Source of the DNA: Ostrea edulis
Taxonomy: Eukaryota
Reading direction: 5' to 3'
Length of the DNA: 64,000 nucleotides
Assembly: GCF_947568905.1 (NCBI RefSeq)
Contig: NC_079165.1
Location: 103,726,001-103,790,000 of the forward strand
The notes beneath the pieces are model-generated. The model did not search any database and was not told where the DNA came from. It worked only from the letters and a program-made list of their open reading frames with translations. How positions within the stretch are numbered: the first letter of the stretch is position 1; every line of letters starts with the position of its first letter. This document shows positions 49,301 through 60,643 of the stretch, in pieces. Both the position numbers and the translations under genes were made by a program.

Positions 49301-52300
49301 GAGTTGGTGATTTTTAAGGATTTGCGCATGACTTTTTCAAACAATAATCACTGAAAATGAGACTAACATTCATCTGTTGTTGTTTTAAAATGTTACATGC
49401 ACATTATTATGTTGACAACGTTATGTGGGCGCTGGATCTGGGGGAGGTGGTAAGCCCCCTCTACTTTTTCACAAAACGTTCATTAATCAACGACTTATCC
49501 ACCTGCCCTACACTTCTTTAATGAACGACTTTCGTTAGCATTCCAGTCCACAAAATGTTTACATCAATCGAAGTTCTTCGGAATTGCTTCAGATGCATAC
49601 ATGAATAAATCTATGCAGGTATATCAAGTAGATATACACCCTTTTGGTGGATCTACACGGGTGGGGAATTCTAAGTATTATTGGTACATAATTTATAATA
49701 ATGACCACTAATGAGATTAACTAGATGTCCCTGTTTACGGGGCAAATCCTAGATTTGTTTTCCTTTAGTAGTAAACAGACCGTTATCGAGTTGTTCATTG
49801 CTGCATCATTTAAGTGATAGTGTTCATGACATGCAATGCTTTCTTTTTTAATATTTGTCATGTGTATAATATTTCATCCTTGACTTACAATACTCTGAGA
49901 GAGTTGTGTACTCTAGATGAAATCCTCTCTGGCCAACCGACCCGTCCGACCGGAACTGAATGTACAGCTTGTTGCTGGTCGAGTTGACGCTGCTGGAAAT
50001 CTCGCCGCAGTATGTAGCGATGACGGCTGCTTCAGCGTTGTCGCCTGTATTCATAAATTTTGAAACCATTAAATTATACTCGAGGAAGCTTCAGAAGATG
50101 TATTTTAGATAAAATTTATATTCACTCGGTTTGATAGGTTTAGGAGTAAATTATTCAACATTGAGTATGAATTTGATGTAGCTTATCATATTGTATATAC
50201 ATATAATTTTACCGTCGTGTATGCGCACGTAGTCTCCCACACAACCCTCACTATCCTCCAAATAGGAGTCTATGACCTTCAGCTGGACAAGGCTATCCTC
50301 CGAACCCGCGATCAACCAAGAACAAAACAGGTTCCTAAAATATTTATTTCCTACATTAATTTTAGGTTTGACGTAAAACCCAAGTTGGATTCTATATCTT
50401 CAGGGAGAATAATATGTGATGATATCTGTAGGTTAATACTCACGTGGAATAGAAGACGGGGTAGTTGGGGGACTGTATATACTGTGTGTTGTTGGTGGCG
50501 GTAAGTTGGATGGTACCACTGCTGCACACGTCGTTAGGGGGCTGTGTGGTGGTGGTCGTCGGAGCTTGTGTGGTGGTAACGGCTGTTAAAGATAGAAAAC
50601 ATAGGGCCTTGAAAATTTGACTTGCATTTAAAATTCCGATTCAAATACTTTTTTCAGGTTTTGTTTCAAATGAAATACTCTCCAGTTCAACTTACTGGGA
50701 GCTACTTCTTTAAAACTGAGAACAAATCCATGTCTGCTGTAGCCACTAGCTATGGACCTAAACCTGATGTAAGCAGAAGAACCGCTGGTTGTAAATGTCA
50801 TACTGCTTCTGCTAGGAAATGTGCTTCTGCTGTCACAGAAAAAACCCTGGGTCAGCGAGGGATCAGTCCTACTGCTCCCTAAAACAAACACCAAGTACAC
50901 ACTTGTATTTTTTTTATCTGAAGACAGTTATATGATTTACTTACATAATGTTAAAAGTCGTTACTATGTACATATATACCATCAAATATCTCTAGCGTGT
51001 CCGAAAAGCATTCTTCACCGCTGACCATATCGGAGAACAAAATCTCCATTTCCACCTTTCCACTTGAATTGATCTGCCATCGACATAATGTATTTCTGTT
51101 TTTAAAAAAGCATGCATGTATGTAATACACCACGTCAAGAATTATGTTTTTTTATTTTATAATAAGGTTATCTGAATTTGAAATGAGCAAGATAAATGTA
51201 TACTGACTCGTCGTAGGAATCTGGCCACTGTTTGTTGGTAAGGTACTGGACGGTAGAGGTCGCTGTTAAAGTTACTTCCGCAGAACATCCGTTCTGGTCT
51301 ACAATAAATCTTTACTTAATTATATTCTAAAACGATTATGGTTTATCTATTGCATTGCATTTAACATGTACCAAGATTAAAGAAATAGGAAACAAACGAT
51401 CTGTTTTTGCAATCATTGTGAAGATTACCGATATAAGTAAGTAACCCACTGTTTTTCCTACGAAGTATGATTATAGAAATATGAATTAGCCCCTGTGCCT
51501 ATGAATTACCTCATTGTGAAGATTACAGAAATAAGTAACAACCCCTTTGAAATATCTCATCGTTAAGATTACAGAAGTAACTAACTAATGTTTTTATATG
51601 AATTATCGCATTGTGAAGATTACAGAAATTAACTAACCCTCTGGGGGGGGGGGGGTCCCCTTTTTTATGAATTGTCTCATTTTGAAGATTACAGAGAAAA
51701 GTAACTAACCCTCCGTTTTTCCTATGAAGTATCTCATTGTAAAACCGGCCTGCTGTATGCTGGAGTCACTTTTGAGACGGAGAATTGCATCTGGCCCAGT
51801 CGACACAAACAGTTTACCTTGGCGGGCTGTGCTACATACAGTGGTTACTGTAACGCTGGTACTGGAACCTGTCAGCACGAAAAGTACCGCGATATTATAT
51901 GCAAATTATTCGCATGTCACAGACTTGCAGATCTTGGTATACGATATTTCGTTTGTAAAATGCTCTACCTTCACATTCCCATATATTAAATGATTAGATA
52001 CGCAAGAGCTTGGTCTGCTTATGGTCAGTTTTTAAATCAAGATAGGCTACTGACAAACAAGTTGATGTTACAGGGGTTCCAACAGTCTCGTTTAAAATCA
52101 GCATTTCGCAAATTCTATGGTCGTTATAACGATATAGTGTGCCAATACAACTTATCATTGGGTCAAATGCTGTCTGACGTGTTTCATACCGATTATTAGG
52201 CCGTTCTTGGCGCACTGATTTTGACTACGGATAACTCCGTTTACCTGATCAAGATACGGGGCTCACGGCGGGTGTGACCGGTCGACAGGGGATACTTACT

Positions 52301-53496
52301 CCTCCTAGGCACCTGATCTTACCTCTGGTATATACAGGAGTCAATGTTTGTCCAACTCTCTATTTTGTAAATGCTTATAGGAATTATGAAATTTATCACT
52401 GGTCGTTATCTTCGCCTTTCATCCATAATACTAAAACAGTTCATTATTGAGTACAAAAAGAAACAAAAACTGGGATTTTTCTGATTGCATAGTTCTCGAC
52501 ATGGTTGTTGTATGCTTGTTCTCTCTGCTTTTTTATTCCACTGTTTTTCGCTTTCATTCTGTAGTCCGTCTCTGTGGAGAATCATCTTCGCTAGCCAAGG
52601 GTGACGTTTCACGGTGTTTCTCTGTGAAAAGAGAAACACCGTGAAGCGTCACCCTTGGCTAGCGAAGATGACGGAGAGTACCAACAGAAACTAAACACCA
52701 GCTATATGTATATCGGTACCAACAGAATATACACACCAGCTATATATATACCGGTACCAACAGAAACTACACACCAGCTATATGTATACCGGTACCAACA
52801 GAAACTACACACCAGCTATATGTATACCGGTACCAACAGAAACTACACACCAGCTATATGTATACCGGTACCAACAGAAACTACACACCAGCTATATATA
52901 TATACCGGTACCAATAGGAACAACACATCAGCTACATGTATACCGGTACCAATAGGAACAACACATCAGCTACATGTATACCGGTGCCAAGACATTTCGG
53001 TACATTTGACTATTTTTGTCTTAAAATATTTATGTTTTATGGTATATTAATTGACGTCAACTGTTGATTTTTAAGGGGGTGTATCTCAGTAGACTTGTGT
53101 TCTTTTTCTGTGGTTTCTGTAATTATTCATTTACTTTTAAATATTTCAGACGTAAAGTGTAAATGGCAGATATACACGGAGAAAGTGTCATGATCCGAAT
53201 AGGCACACACATTTTTCAAACTTCACAAAATTTGGGACACAAAACTGACAGGTGAGATGAAAGGACCGCCAAGCATTTAATTCCTCACGTCACAGCGTAA
53301 TTTAGATATTTCAATACCCATTTAAATAATTACTATTGAAATACTCCACAAATCAGAGGCTATATTATATCCCAGCACAATCTATATTCAGTTGGTGTTG
53401 GCTAAATCTCCACTCTGAGTACGTTTTTATCAAAACATTTACAGTAGATATGTGAATTTGAAAGGGAAAAAATAATAATAATAAAATAAAACATTC

Positions 53497-53539
<43 letters not shown>

Positions 53540-55024
53540 ACAATAATATTTAAATTCCACAGCAAGTTCTAAATATATACATTACATAAACCAACCATCA
53601 AAGAACTGGAGGTAGTCGTAAACACATTCAGACCCTTCCCCGTCCTCTATAATATACTCTCGTACGTCTACGACAACTCGATTCCCATTTCCGGCAGATA
53701 TACGCCACTGGCAATCCATGTTCCTGTAGAGGATAAAATAGCTTAATAAAATGAAATACGGAGATGGTAGAATATCAAATGAATAAAATCAATACTGTTA
53801 ATGTTACATGTAAAATTAACAACCAATAACTACATGTAGAATAAACTGCTGAGTACTTTATAGAAATCTCATTCAGCACCTTATTGTTTGAGAGTACTTT
53901 TAATTCAACATATTTATGACAAAATTAATATGCGATACTTACGGATAATACGACACTCTCCATCCTGGAGAACTTAAGGTCTGGAGGGACCGACTGGCCA
54001 CAGGAAGAGTCTCGGAATTAATCAAATTACTTTCGCTGCATGACTGACTCTTCGCTGTGAATTTAAGATTACATAGTTTTGTATGTATCTGCCGTCAATC
54101 ACTCTTTAGCACTTGATAACAAGTTTTGTATATATTAACAAATCCGTTCAATAGAACAGTGAGAGCAAATGGTGTAATTGACATATAGAAGAGGGTCAAT
54201 GAGAGCCGTTCACAATACATACAATGATACCGATTAAACAATGCAATGTGCATTGGATGAACAACACTAGAATAGTACAACAATAAGCAAACCTTCAGAA
54301 TTAAACAATCATTCAGGGCTTCTCTGGATGTAGCAAAAATAAAACGTGATAATCTGAGTCTACTGTGCCGATTTGGCTCTTCCTATGGTATGTGTCTGTG
54401 GTGGGAGCTCCTTTCTAAAGACCTTTTTTTTGTGTTTTCATACAAGAAATTCCACCATGTGATATTGAATTATTCTCGTCTGCTGGAGCAGATGATGTAC
54501 TAGTACTATAAAGCCTATTTTGCTTGATCAAATATTCATTGCATCAAATGCTTTTGAAATCAAACAATCAATGATATACTCCATGCATGAGGTTCAGGAT
54601 TGATGTGCATAGTTTCATGATAATGTCATCATGAAACTTGAGAGAATTACGATCTATACAGTACCCGTTTCTGGTATGACAAACGATGTTTTCACAGGTC
54701 AACTACTAGACTGTACAGTAATCATCAAAACATACAATGGCGTACATAAATGAAGAGACACTATTGGGTAGTAATATGGCTTCAAGAATTAAATGAAATT
54801 GATTCGATATTTTCACCGAGAATGTAGCTTAGACGTCAGTTGTTTTTCTTACTGTCGATGGTGACATTAGTTCCACGAAAACCAAAACAAGAGAATTAAG
54901 GGTGGTCGTGAGGAAATCCGATTATATTATCGATACAATTTGTATATATCTTACAAATAAAGAACTCACCAATGTTAAACAAACTGCAAAGAAGACAACA
55001 AACTATGACCCAGGACATCTCCAT
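43687..55024 (-). CDS. Type I membrane protein with signal peptide, four CUB domains, Thr-rich linker, TM and basic/Ser-rich tail (14 exons, 663 aa)
   Basis: Manually spliced exons, all GT-AG with consistent phase: 55024-54970, 54054-53943, 53723-53596, 51868-51710, 51298-51208, 51095-50980, 50878-50696, 50582-50444, 50334-50213, 50044-49889, 49186-49087, 47665-47541, 44552-44400, 44039-43687; total 1992 nt. CUB motifs SPNYP, C.W.I, C.YD.L..DG, FCG and F.SD..GF. Confidence 0.9.
45111..46777. mobile_element. HINE-type element with ~167-bp Cg170-like repeats (host of a nested insertion)
   Basis: Terminal hairpin aggtcacctgaa..ttcaggtgacct 45116-45143, (CGT) microsatellite, subterminal caggtgacct at 46745, end gggcctcttgtt. 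Confidence 0.75.
45510..46254. mobile_element. Second HINE-type element nested in the first, with 145-bp tandem repeats
   Basis: Hairpin tatacccccc..ggggggtata 45511-45542, (GTCC)n tract, 145-bp period (45684/45829/45974), inverted partner gcggggggtat at 46211, end cctcttgtt. Confidence 0.8.
47625..47940. repeat. Degenerate ~31-33 bp minisatellite overlapping the CUB exon 12 acceptor
   Basis: Recurring aaaa(t)tcaaccaat..ttg..ttgaactg units. Confidence 0.65.
48536..48612. repeat. Perfect 35-bp-arm inverted repeat (7-nt loop), intronic
   Basis: cacaggcaattgcatcgcttggggtcgaatttact-attaaag-agtaaattcgaccccaagcgatgcaattgcctgtg. Confidence 0.95.
51414..51745. repeat. Degenerate ~55-65 bp minisatellite overlapping the CUB exon 4 donor
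   Basis: Recurring ctcattgtgaagattacagaaa..gtaactaaccc units. Confidence 0.75.
51988..52420 (+). mobile_element. 5'-truncated Naiad-like PLE fragment (intronic, antisense to the CUB gene)
   Basis: IRYARA..NKLMLQGFQQSRLKSAFRKFYGRY plus the 3' module. Confidence 0.8.
52582..52671. repeat. 42-bp-arm inverted repeat (one mismatch, 6-nt loop), MITE-like, intronic
   Basis: tcatcttcgctagccaagggtgacg..ttctct-gtgaaa-agagaa..cgtcacccttggctagcgaagatga. Confidence 0.95.
52676..52990 (+). repeat. 38-bp minisatellite, about 8 copies
   Basis: ccaacag recurs at 52681, 52719, 52757 and 52795. Confidence 0.9.
53499..53535 (+). repeat. (CT)n microsatellite
   Basis: Direct reading. Confidence 0.95.
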
Positions 55025-56231
55025 GTTTGATGGAATATCATAGATGACTGCTTACGATTCCATTGAAATTATATTGGCATGTTGTGTTTTTCCCAAACAC
55101 AGATCTGTTGTCGAGAGAGCCGGTGCTAATCTTTGAGAAATTTAAATGGCGCAGTCGGGCATTTGTCGATTCCCGTATTGTTACTGAGGACTGGGGCGTT
55201 TATAATGCGGTTTTGTACGTTAAATCATTGACTGCTATGCCCTTTAAATTGTTTTGGAATATCATCACGGTCCCGTAACTTTTAAGAAAGCTTATTGTTC
55301 CTGTTGAAAGTTTGCAATAATTGGTTAGATCATGATGCTAGTGAAATTACAAAGTAACCCCCACCCCTCCCCAATGTGATTACATATTATTTTGATGCTG
55401 CGGCAGTAGTGCTCCGCGTCATATGAAATTCATATTTTCTTGATGATCATTTATCAAATTACATTGCATATGTTCTAGAAAAAATGAAAGTTATATCTAA
55501 GCAAGTTGGGACAGTTTGCACTATTTACCGCAGATAATATAGGGTAAACTGCTCCAGCTGACTTTGTATCGTATATAATGAGTAGAAACACACAAACAAT
55601 ATGGCAAATCTTTTAATGATAATGGCTTTCTGCTATAGTTATCGCTTTTTGGACTGGAAGTGCTGAATAGTTTTACACATGAACTTTAAAATTTCTTAAG
55701 TTTTAAACTATTTTTTTTTTTAATCTACTGTAATTAAAATCGTTATTTCATAAATTTTGAATTAAAGGGTTCATTTTTAAAATTATCAAGATAGAAAGCT
55801 GCAAGTGAAATTGTACGAGAAGCTCAGTTAGTGTTTTTTTTTTAAAAATATTCACTTAGTGTAAGCAAACTCTCCTCCCAATAAAAATCATTTACTTACC
55901 AGATAGTACTGAATTCATTCCTGGTATTGATTTTAGAAGCTTATATTTTCTATGCAATATAAAAGGAAAGCATTCTGAAAGAAAATATTGTATTATTTTC
56001 TTTTTTAAAAGTTCACTGCAAAATATAATCTGTTTCAATTATTGCATGTAGTGCAAATTGCAATATACTTAAGAATTTTATCATTTTGAAATTTAATGAA
56101 CAGGATTTTATCAGTGTAAATAAACACAGTAGAACTTACACGACCGACGTGAAGTTAAACAGTTAAGCGCTATTTACTTTAGAAATGCTGAACGAAATGC
56201 TGTATCCTTGTAGGACAGGACTTCCGTTACC

Positions 56232-56262
<31 letters not shown>

Positions 56263-58664
56263 ACACACACCCCACCCCCACCCCTCCTTCTAAATTTGAA
56301 TGTTTAATTTCTTGGGTATTTCGGGTGTATTTTTAATAAAATATGTAACTTCAGAGTTTTTATTTGAATGAAATACACAAATCTCGCTTTGTCTCATCAC
56401 TGATCATACATGTACTAAATGAATACTTTGACGAAGCACCTGTGGTCGTATTTCGGACGTCCTGGGAATGACACTCAACACGTTTGGTTCTGGTTCTGTT
56501 GATATATTTATTCTTGCTACGGAAATATTGCTTCGCGTCATACTAATGCATTTAACTTCTCTTGATAATTTTTCGTCAAATTACGTAATTTTTTAAAAAT
56601 AAAATAAATCATGAGGAATGAAAGTAATTACTACTCCTTTTATAAGATATTAAGGTGAACTGGGACAGCTTACACTTTTATAAGATATTAAGGTGAACTG
56701 GGACAGTTTACACTTTTTCACCATGGCTTATAAAACATAAACTATCCCAAATTACTGTATATTCTAAAACAAAATAAAACTTAAAGCAAAGAGTAGAAAT
56801 TAATTTCATTCCATAAATGAACCGATCAAATCGTGTTTTACAAGGAAGATTAAATCCTTCCTGTATAACTAATTATATATATAGGCTTCTGCACGAGACT
56901 GTCTAACAAACTAATAATCATTCCAATTTTAAGTTTCGGATTAAACACGTTTATTAATTCATGTGTAAAATTCGAAAAAATTTGAACACTTCAACTTGCA
57001 CCTTATTTGAATACAAATGATCATAATACAAAACCATTTTATAATTATCATACATTAAATTAGGAGTATTGTTTGAGTCGACCATGACTTCCTATGTTAT
57101 TTCGATGTGCTTTCATATTGATTATACCCAATCACACCCTATCATTAAATGAGAAAAATTCATAAATTCTAGTTCTTAATCAAGAAAATGTTTTTAAAAT
57201 AAGCAGTGAATGTTGATATTAACTACTACAATAACAGATTGGATGAGAGCTGGGCACGTCCACAGATAGCTGGTAAATACTGAAGTGCCCGCTGTATTAC
57301 CCTACACAACCCAGTCCGTATTTCAGCACAACATGTGTTCCGTGTCGAATATTATTATATAGTTTTAAAAAATTTAAACGCTTATAAAAACATTTACACA
57401 TGAATTTAAAAAGTAGGTGTTTAATATTTAACAGTAACCGTGTAGCTTAGGATAATTGGACGTGTAATTCGTTGACAATGTGACCGATGTATTCAATTCT
57501 ATAGTGTGAAACATCTACTTTTACTGATGTAGTAAAGGGGGTGAGTTTGATTCAGATGTAAAGGCTCATTGGAGACGTCAAACCTGTTATATTCAGATTA
57601 GGTAAGAAATCCAAAGTTATACTGATACATTTTGCGAATCCATCAAACTACCGGTATATTTGAAGGTGTGATATTTTTAATATTCAAAGAATTTTTTCAT
57701 ATTCGTAGCCATTGGTATAGTCTTGGAGCCACTCCATGGTTAATACTAGTTCTCGTCTCAGAATTTTGGAAAATACACTAAAGTTTGTTTCGGCTTACAA
57801 TCCCCTTTTAAGAAAAACCATTCGAAAAGACTATCAAATCATATATTTTCAAAGGATTACGTGGTCTAGCGTTAACGAATTATAACCATAAAATTCGCGA
57901 GAGTTTTACGTCTTCGAAATTTCATGTCCGCGACGAAAGCTAATCCTTTTGATTTTAGCAAAAAGTGTGTATGGGAATGATGTTTTAGTCACTTAAAATA
58001 CAGCGATAGTTTACACTTGTTATAGGGGTAATTCTTATACTGAGCTTTTCCAAAAACGCCTTCAGTAGTATGTTGTCCGGAAAGAAAGACTTGATTTACT
58101 GAATACTGAAAATGTAGAGAATTCAGGGGAAAAAAATGTAGTAGGTTGTACGAATTTGTGGCCACCGATTATAATGAGTTCAACAAGACACCAACACCAG
58201 GAAAGACACGTAATAGTAATGAATGATTCTTATTACACAGCTGAACGAGAGGCGAAACTTGCAGAGTACTCGATCGACAAGCCGCATTTTTCTTCTGCAA
58301 CTGGACAAAAAAATTAAAATGAAAATTCAGTTTAAAGCTTCATATTCGCTATAGAAGATAGAGATTGAGGATGTAAACACCAAGGACGTCCTCAATGTTA
58401 AGTGATAAGATTGACAAACGTAAGAAGTTTCCATTTATATACAGGATATATTCGTATTTCCGGTAAGGTTAGTTAATTCTACGATAGTCCATAGTTCTCT
58501 CAAATTACTATCTTGCTTGTAAAAAACGGGGACAGTGGTTTAAATTTCTAGATCGGACAAAGTCTCGTTTATAATCCGTCTAAATTTTTCAAAGCTTAAA
58601 GCTATCAAACACGTGACACGTTTTCATGATTAATTTGAATCCATCAATTGTGAATAGAATGCAC

Positions 58665-59100
58665 TCTCAACTGATTCGATACGCAAGAGCTTGTTCTGCG
58701 CATAGACAGTTTTTAAATCGAGGCAAGCTACTGACAAACAAGTTGATAGTACAGGGGTTTCAACAGTCTCGATTGAAGTCAGCATTTCGCAAAGTCTATG
58801 GTCGTTAAAATGATCTAGTTCGTCAATACAACCTATCATTGAGTCAAATGCTGTCTGACATGTTTCATACCGATTGTTAGGCCGTTCTCGGCACACTGAT
58901 TTTGACTACGGATAACTCCGTTTACCTGATCAGGATATGGAGCTCGCGGTGGGTGTGACCGGTCGACGGGGGATGCTTACTTGTCCTAGGCACCTGATCT
59001 CACCTCTGGTGTGTCCAGGGGTCCGTGTTTGTCCAACTATCTATTTTGTATTGCTTATAGGAGTTATGGGATTGATCACTGTTCGTTATCTTCGCCTTTC
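58665..59100 (+). mobile_element. 5'-truncated Naiad-like PLE fragment
   Basis: SQLIRYARAC..SRLKSAFRK plus the 3' module ending tcttcgcctttc. Confidence 0.8.
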
Positions 59101-59326
59101 ACTGAAACTGTTGGCCATGAGAATGGCATGCACAACGAATTATTTAGTTACAGTATGTAGCTCGACTACCAAGAATACCAAGCCTTCAAACCATTACATT
59201 CTTTGTTGTGATGACCAGTGTCAAATAACACTTTTTGTGGCAAACCTGTGTAACGTATTTTGCCTACTTCAATTGATTTACAGAAGAACAGACGCGTATC
59301 ACTCCAAAGTTTCGTTTGTTGTTTTA

Positions 59327-59575
59327 CGCCCGGTGTCCGTGGCCGAGTGGTTAGAGCATCACGCTCAAAATCACGGCCTCTCACCTCTGCTCGGAGCGGG
59401 ACCGAATCCCGCTCGCGCCGGTAAGTGAGAAAAGTTCCCCAGTTTACTTTCGGAAGGTCGGTAGTCTCTTCCCAGGTACATTGTATCGGAGTTCTCTCTT
59501 CCACCAATAAAAACTGGGCGTCACCATATAATTGAAAAATTGTTGAGTGTGGCGAAAAACAGCAAAACAACAACG
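59327..59575 (+). mobile_element. tRNA-derived SINE
   Basis: A box TGGCCGAGTGG 59340-59350, degenerate B box GGGACCGAATCCC 59398-59410, central body, (CAA)-rich tail. Confidence 0.75.
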
Positions 59576-59800
59576 TCCTATTCGAGACTATCTGTACTCA
59601 TATCGAGAGATCACGGGCTGTAAATGACGTCACTAATGTGAGCCAATGCATGGCGCTAAGAGTATTTGTCACTTCTAGATGACAAGCGTTTGGAAAAGAA
59701 GCAAACAAACTGAATCGAAACCACACTCTCCCGGTCACAAATCGAATCCTCTATCACTGAACCGCCGCGACACACCTCAGAGTCAAGTTCTCTTTATAGA

Positions 59801-60557
59801 GTTTGTATATCATTGTTTGTAATCAGTGGTGTATCATTGTTTATAATCAGTGATGTATCATTGTTTGTAATCAGTGGTGTATCATTGTTTATAATCAGTG
59901 ATGTATTATTGTTTATAATCAGTGATGTATCATTGTTTGTAATCAGTGGTGTATCATTGTTTGTAATCAGTGGTGTATCATTGTTTGTATATCATTGTTT
60001 GTATATCATTGTTCGTAATCAGTGATGTATCATTGTTTGTAATCAGTGATGTATCATTGTTTGTAATCAGTGGTGTATCATTGTTTGTATATCATTGTTT
60101 GTATATCATTGTTCGTAATCAGTGGTGTATCATTGTTTGTATATCATTGTTTATAATCAGTGGTATATCATTCTTTGTAATCAGTGATGTATCATTGTTT
60201 GTAATCAGTGGTGTATCATTGTTTGTAATCAGTGATGTATCATTGCTTGTAATCAGTGGTGTATCATTGCTTGTAATCAGTGGTGTATCATTGTTTGTAT
60301 ATCATTGTTTGTATATCATTGTTCGTAATCAGTGGTGTATCATTGCTTGTAATCAGTGGTGTATCATTGTTTGTATAACAATGTTTGTATATCATTGCTT
60401 GTAATCAGTGGTGTATCATTGTTTGTATATCATTGTTTGTATATCATTGTTCGTAACCAGTGGTGTATCATTGCTTGTAATCAGTGGTGTATCATTGTTT
60501 ACATATCATTGTTTGTAATCAGTGGTGTATCATTGTTTGTATATCATTGTTTGTAAT
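59801..60557 (+). repeat. Satellite of mixed 24-bp and 14-bp units
   Basis: tatcattgtttgtaatcagtggtg and tatcattgtttgta. Confidence 0.95.
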
Positions 60558-60643
60558 CTTTTAAAAGAGTTGTGTCGTTGTTTGTAATCAGAGGTGTACC
60601 ATTATTTGTAAGTAAGAGTTGCAACGTTGCTTGTGTCAAAGTT

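Noticed and set aside
52655-53050. 131-aa ORF
   Set aside because: Runs through the hairpin end and the 38-bp minisatellite; antisense and intronic.
59327-59415. tRNA gene
   Set aside because: No proper cloverleaf or anticodon arm, degenerate B box, and it continues into a SINE body and tail.
59813-60556. Hydrophobic repetitive ORFs (VISGVSLF)n
   Set aside because: Translation of the stop-free 24-bp satellite; no evidence of a gene.
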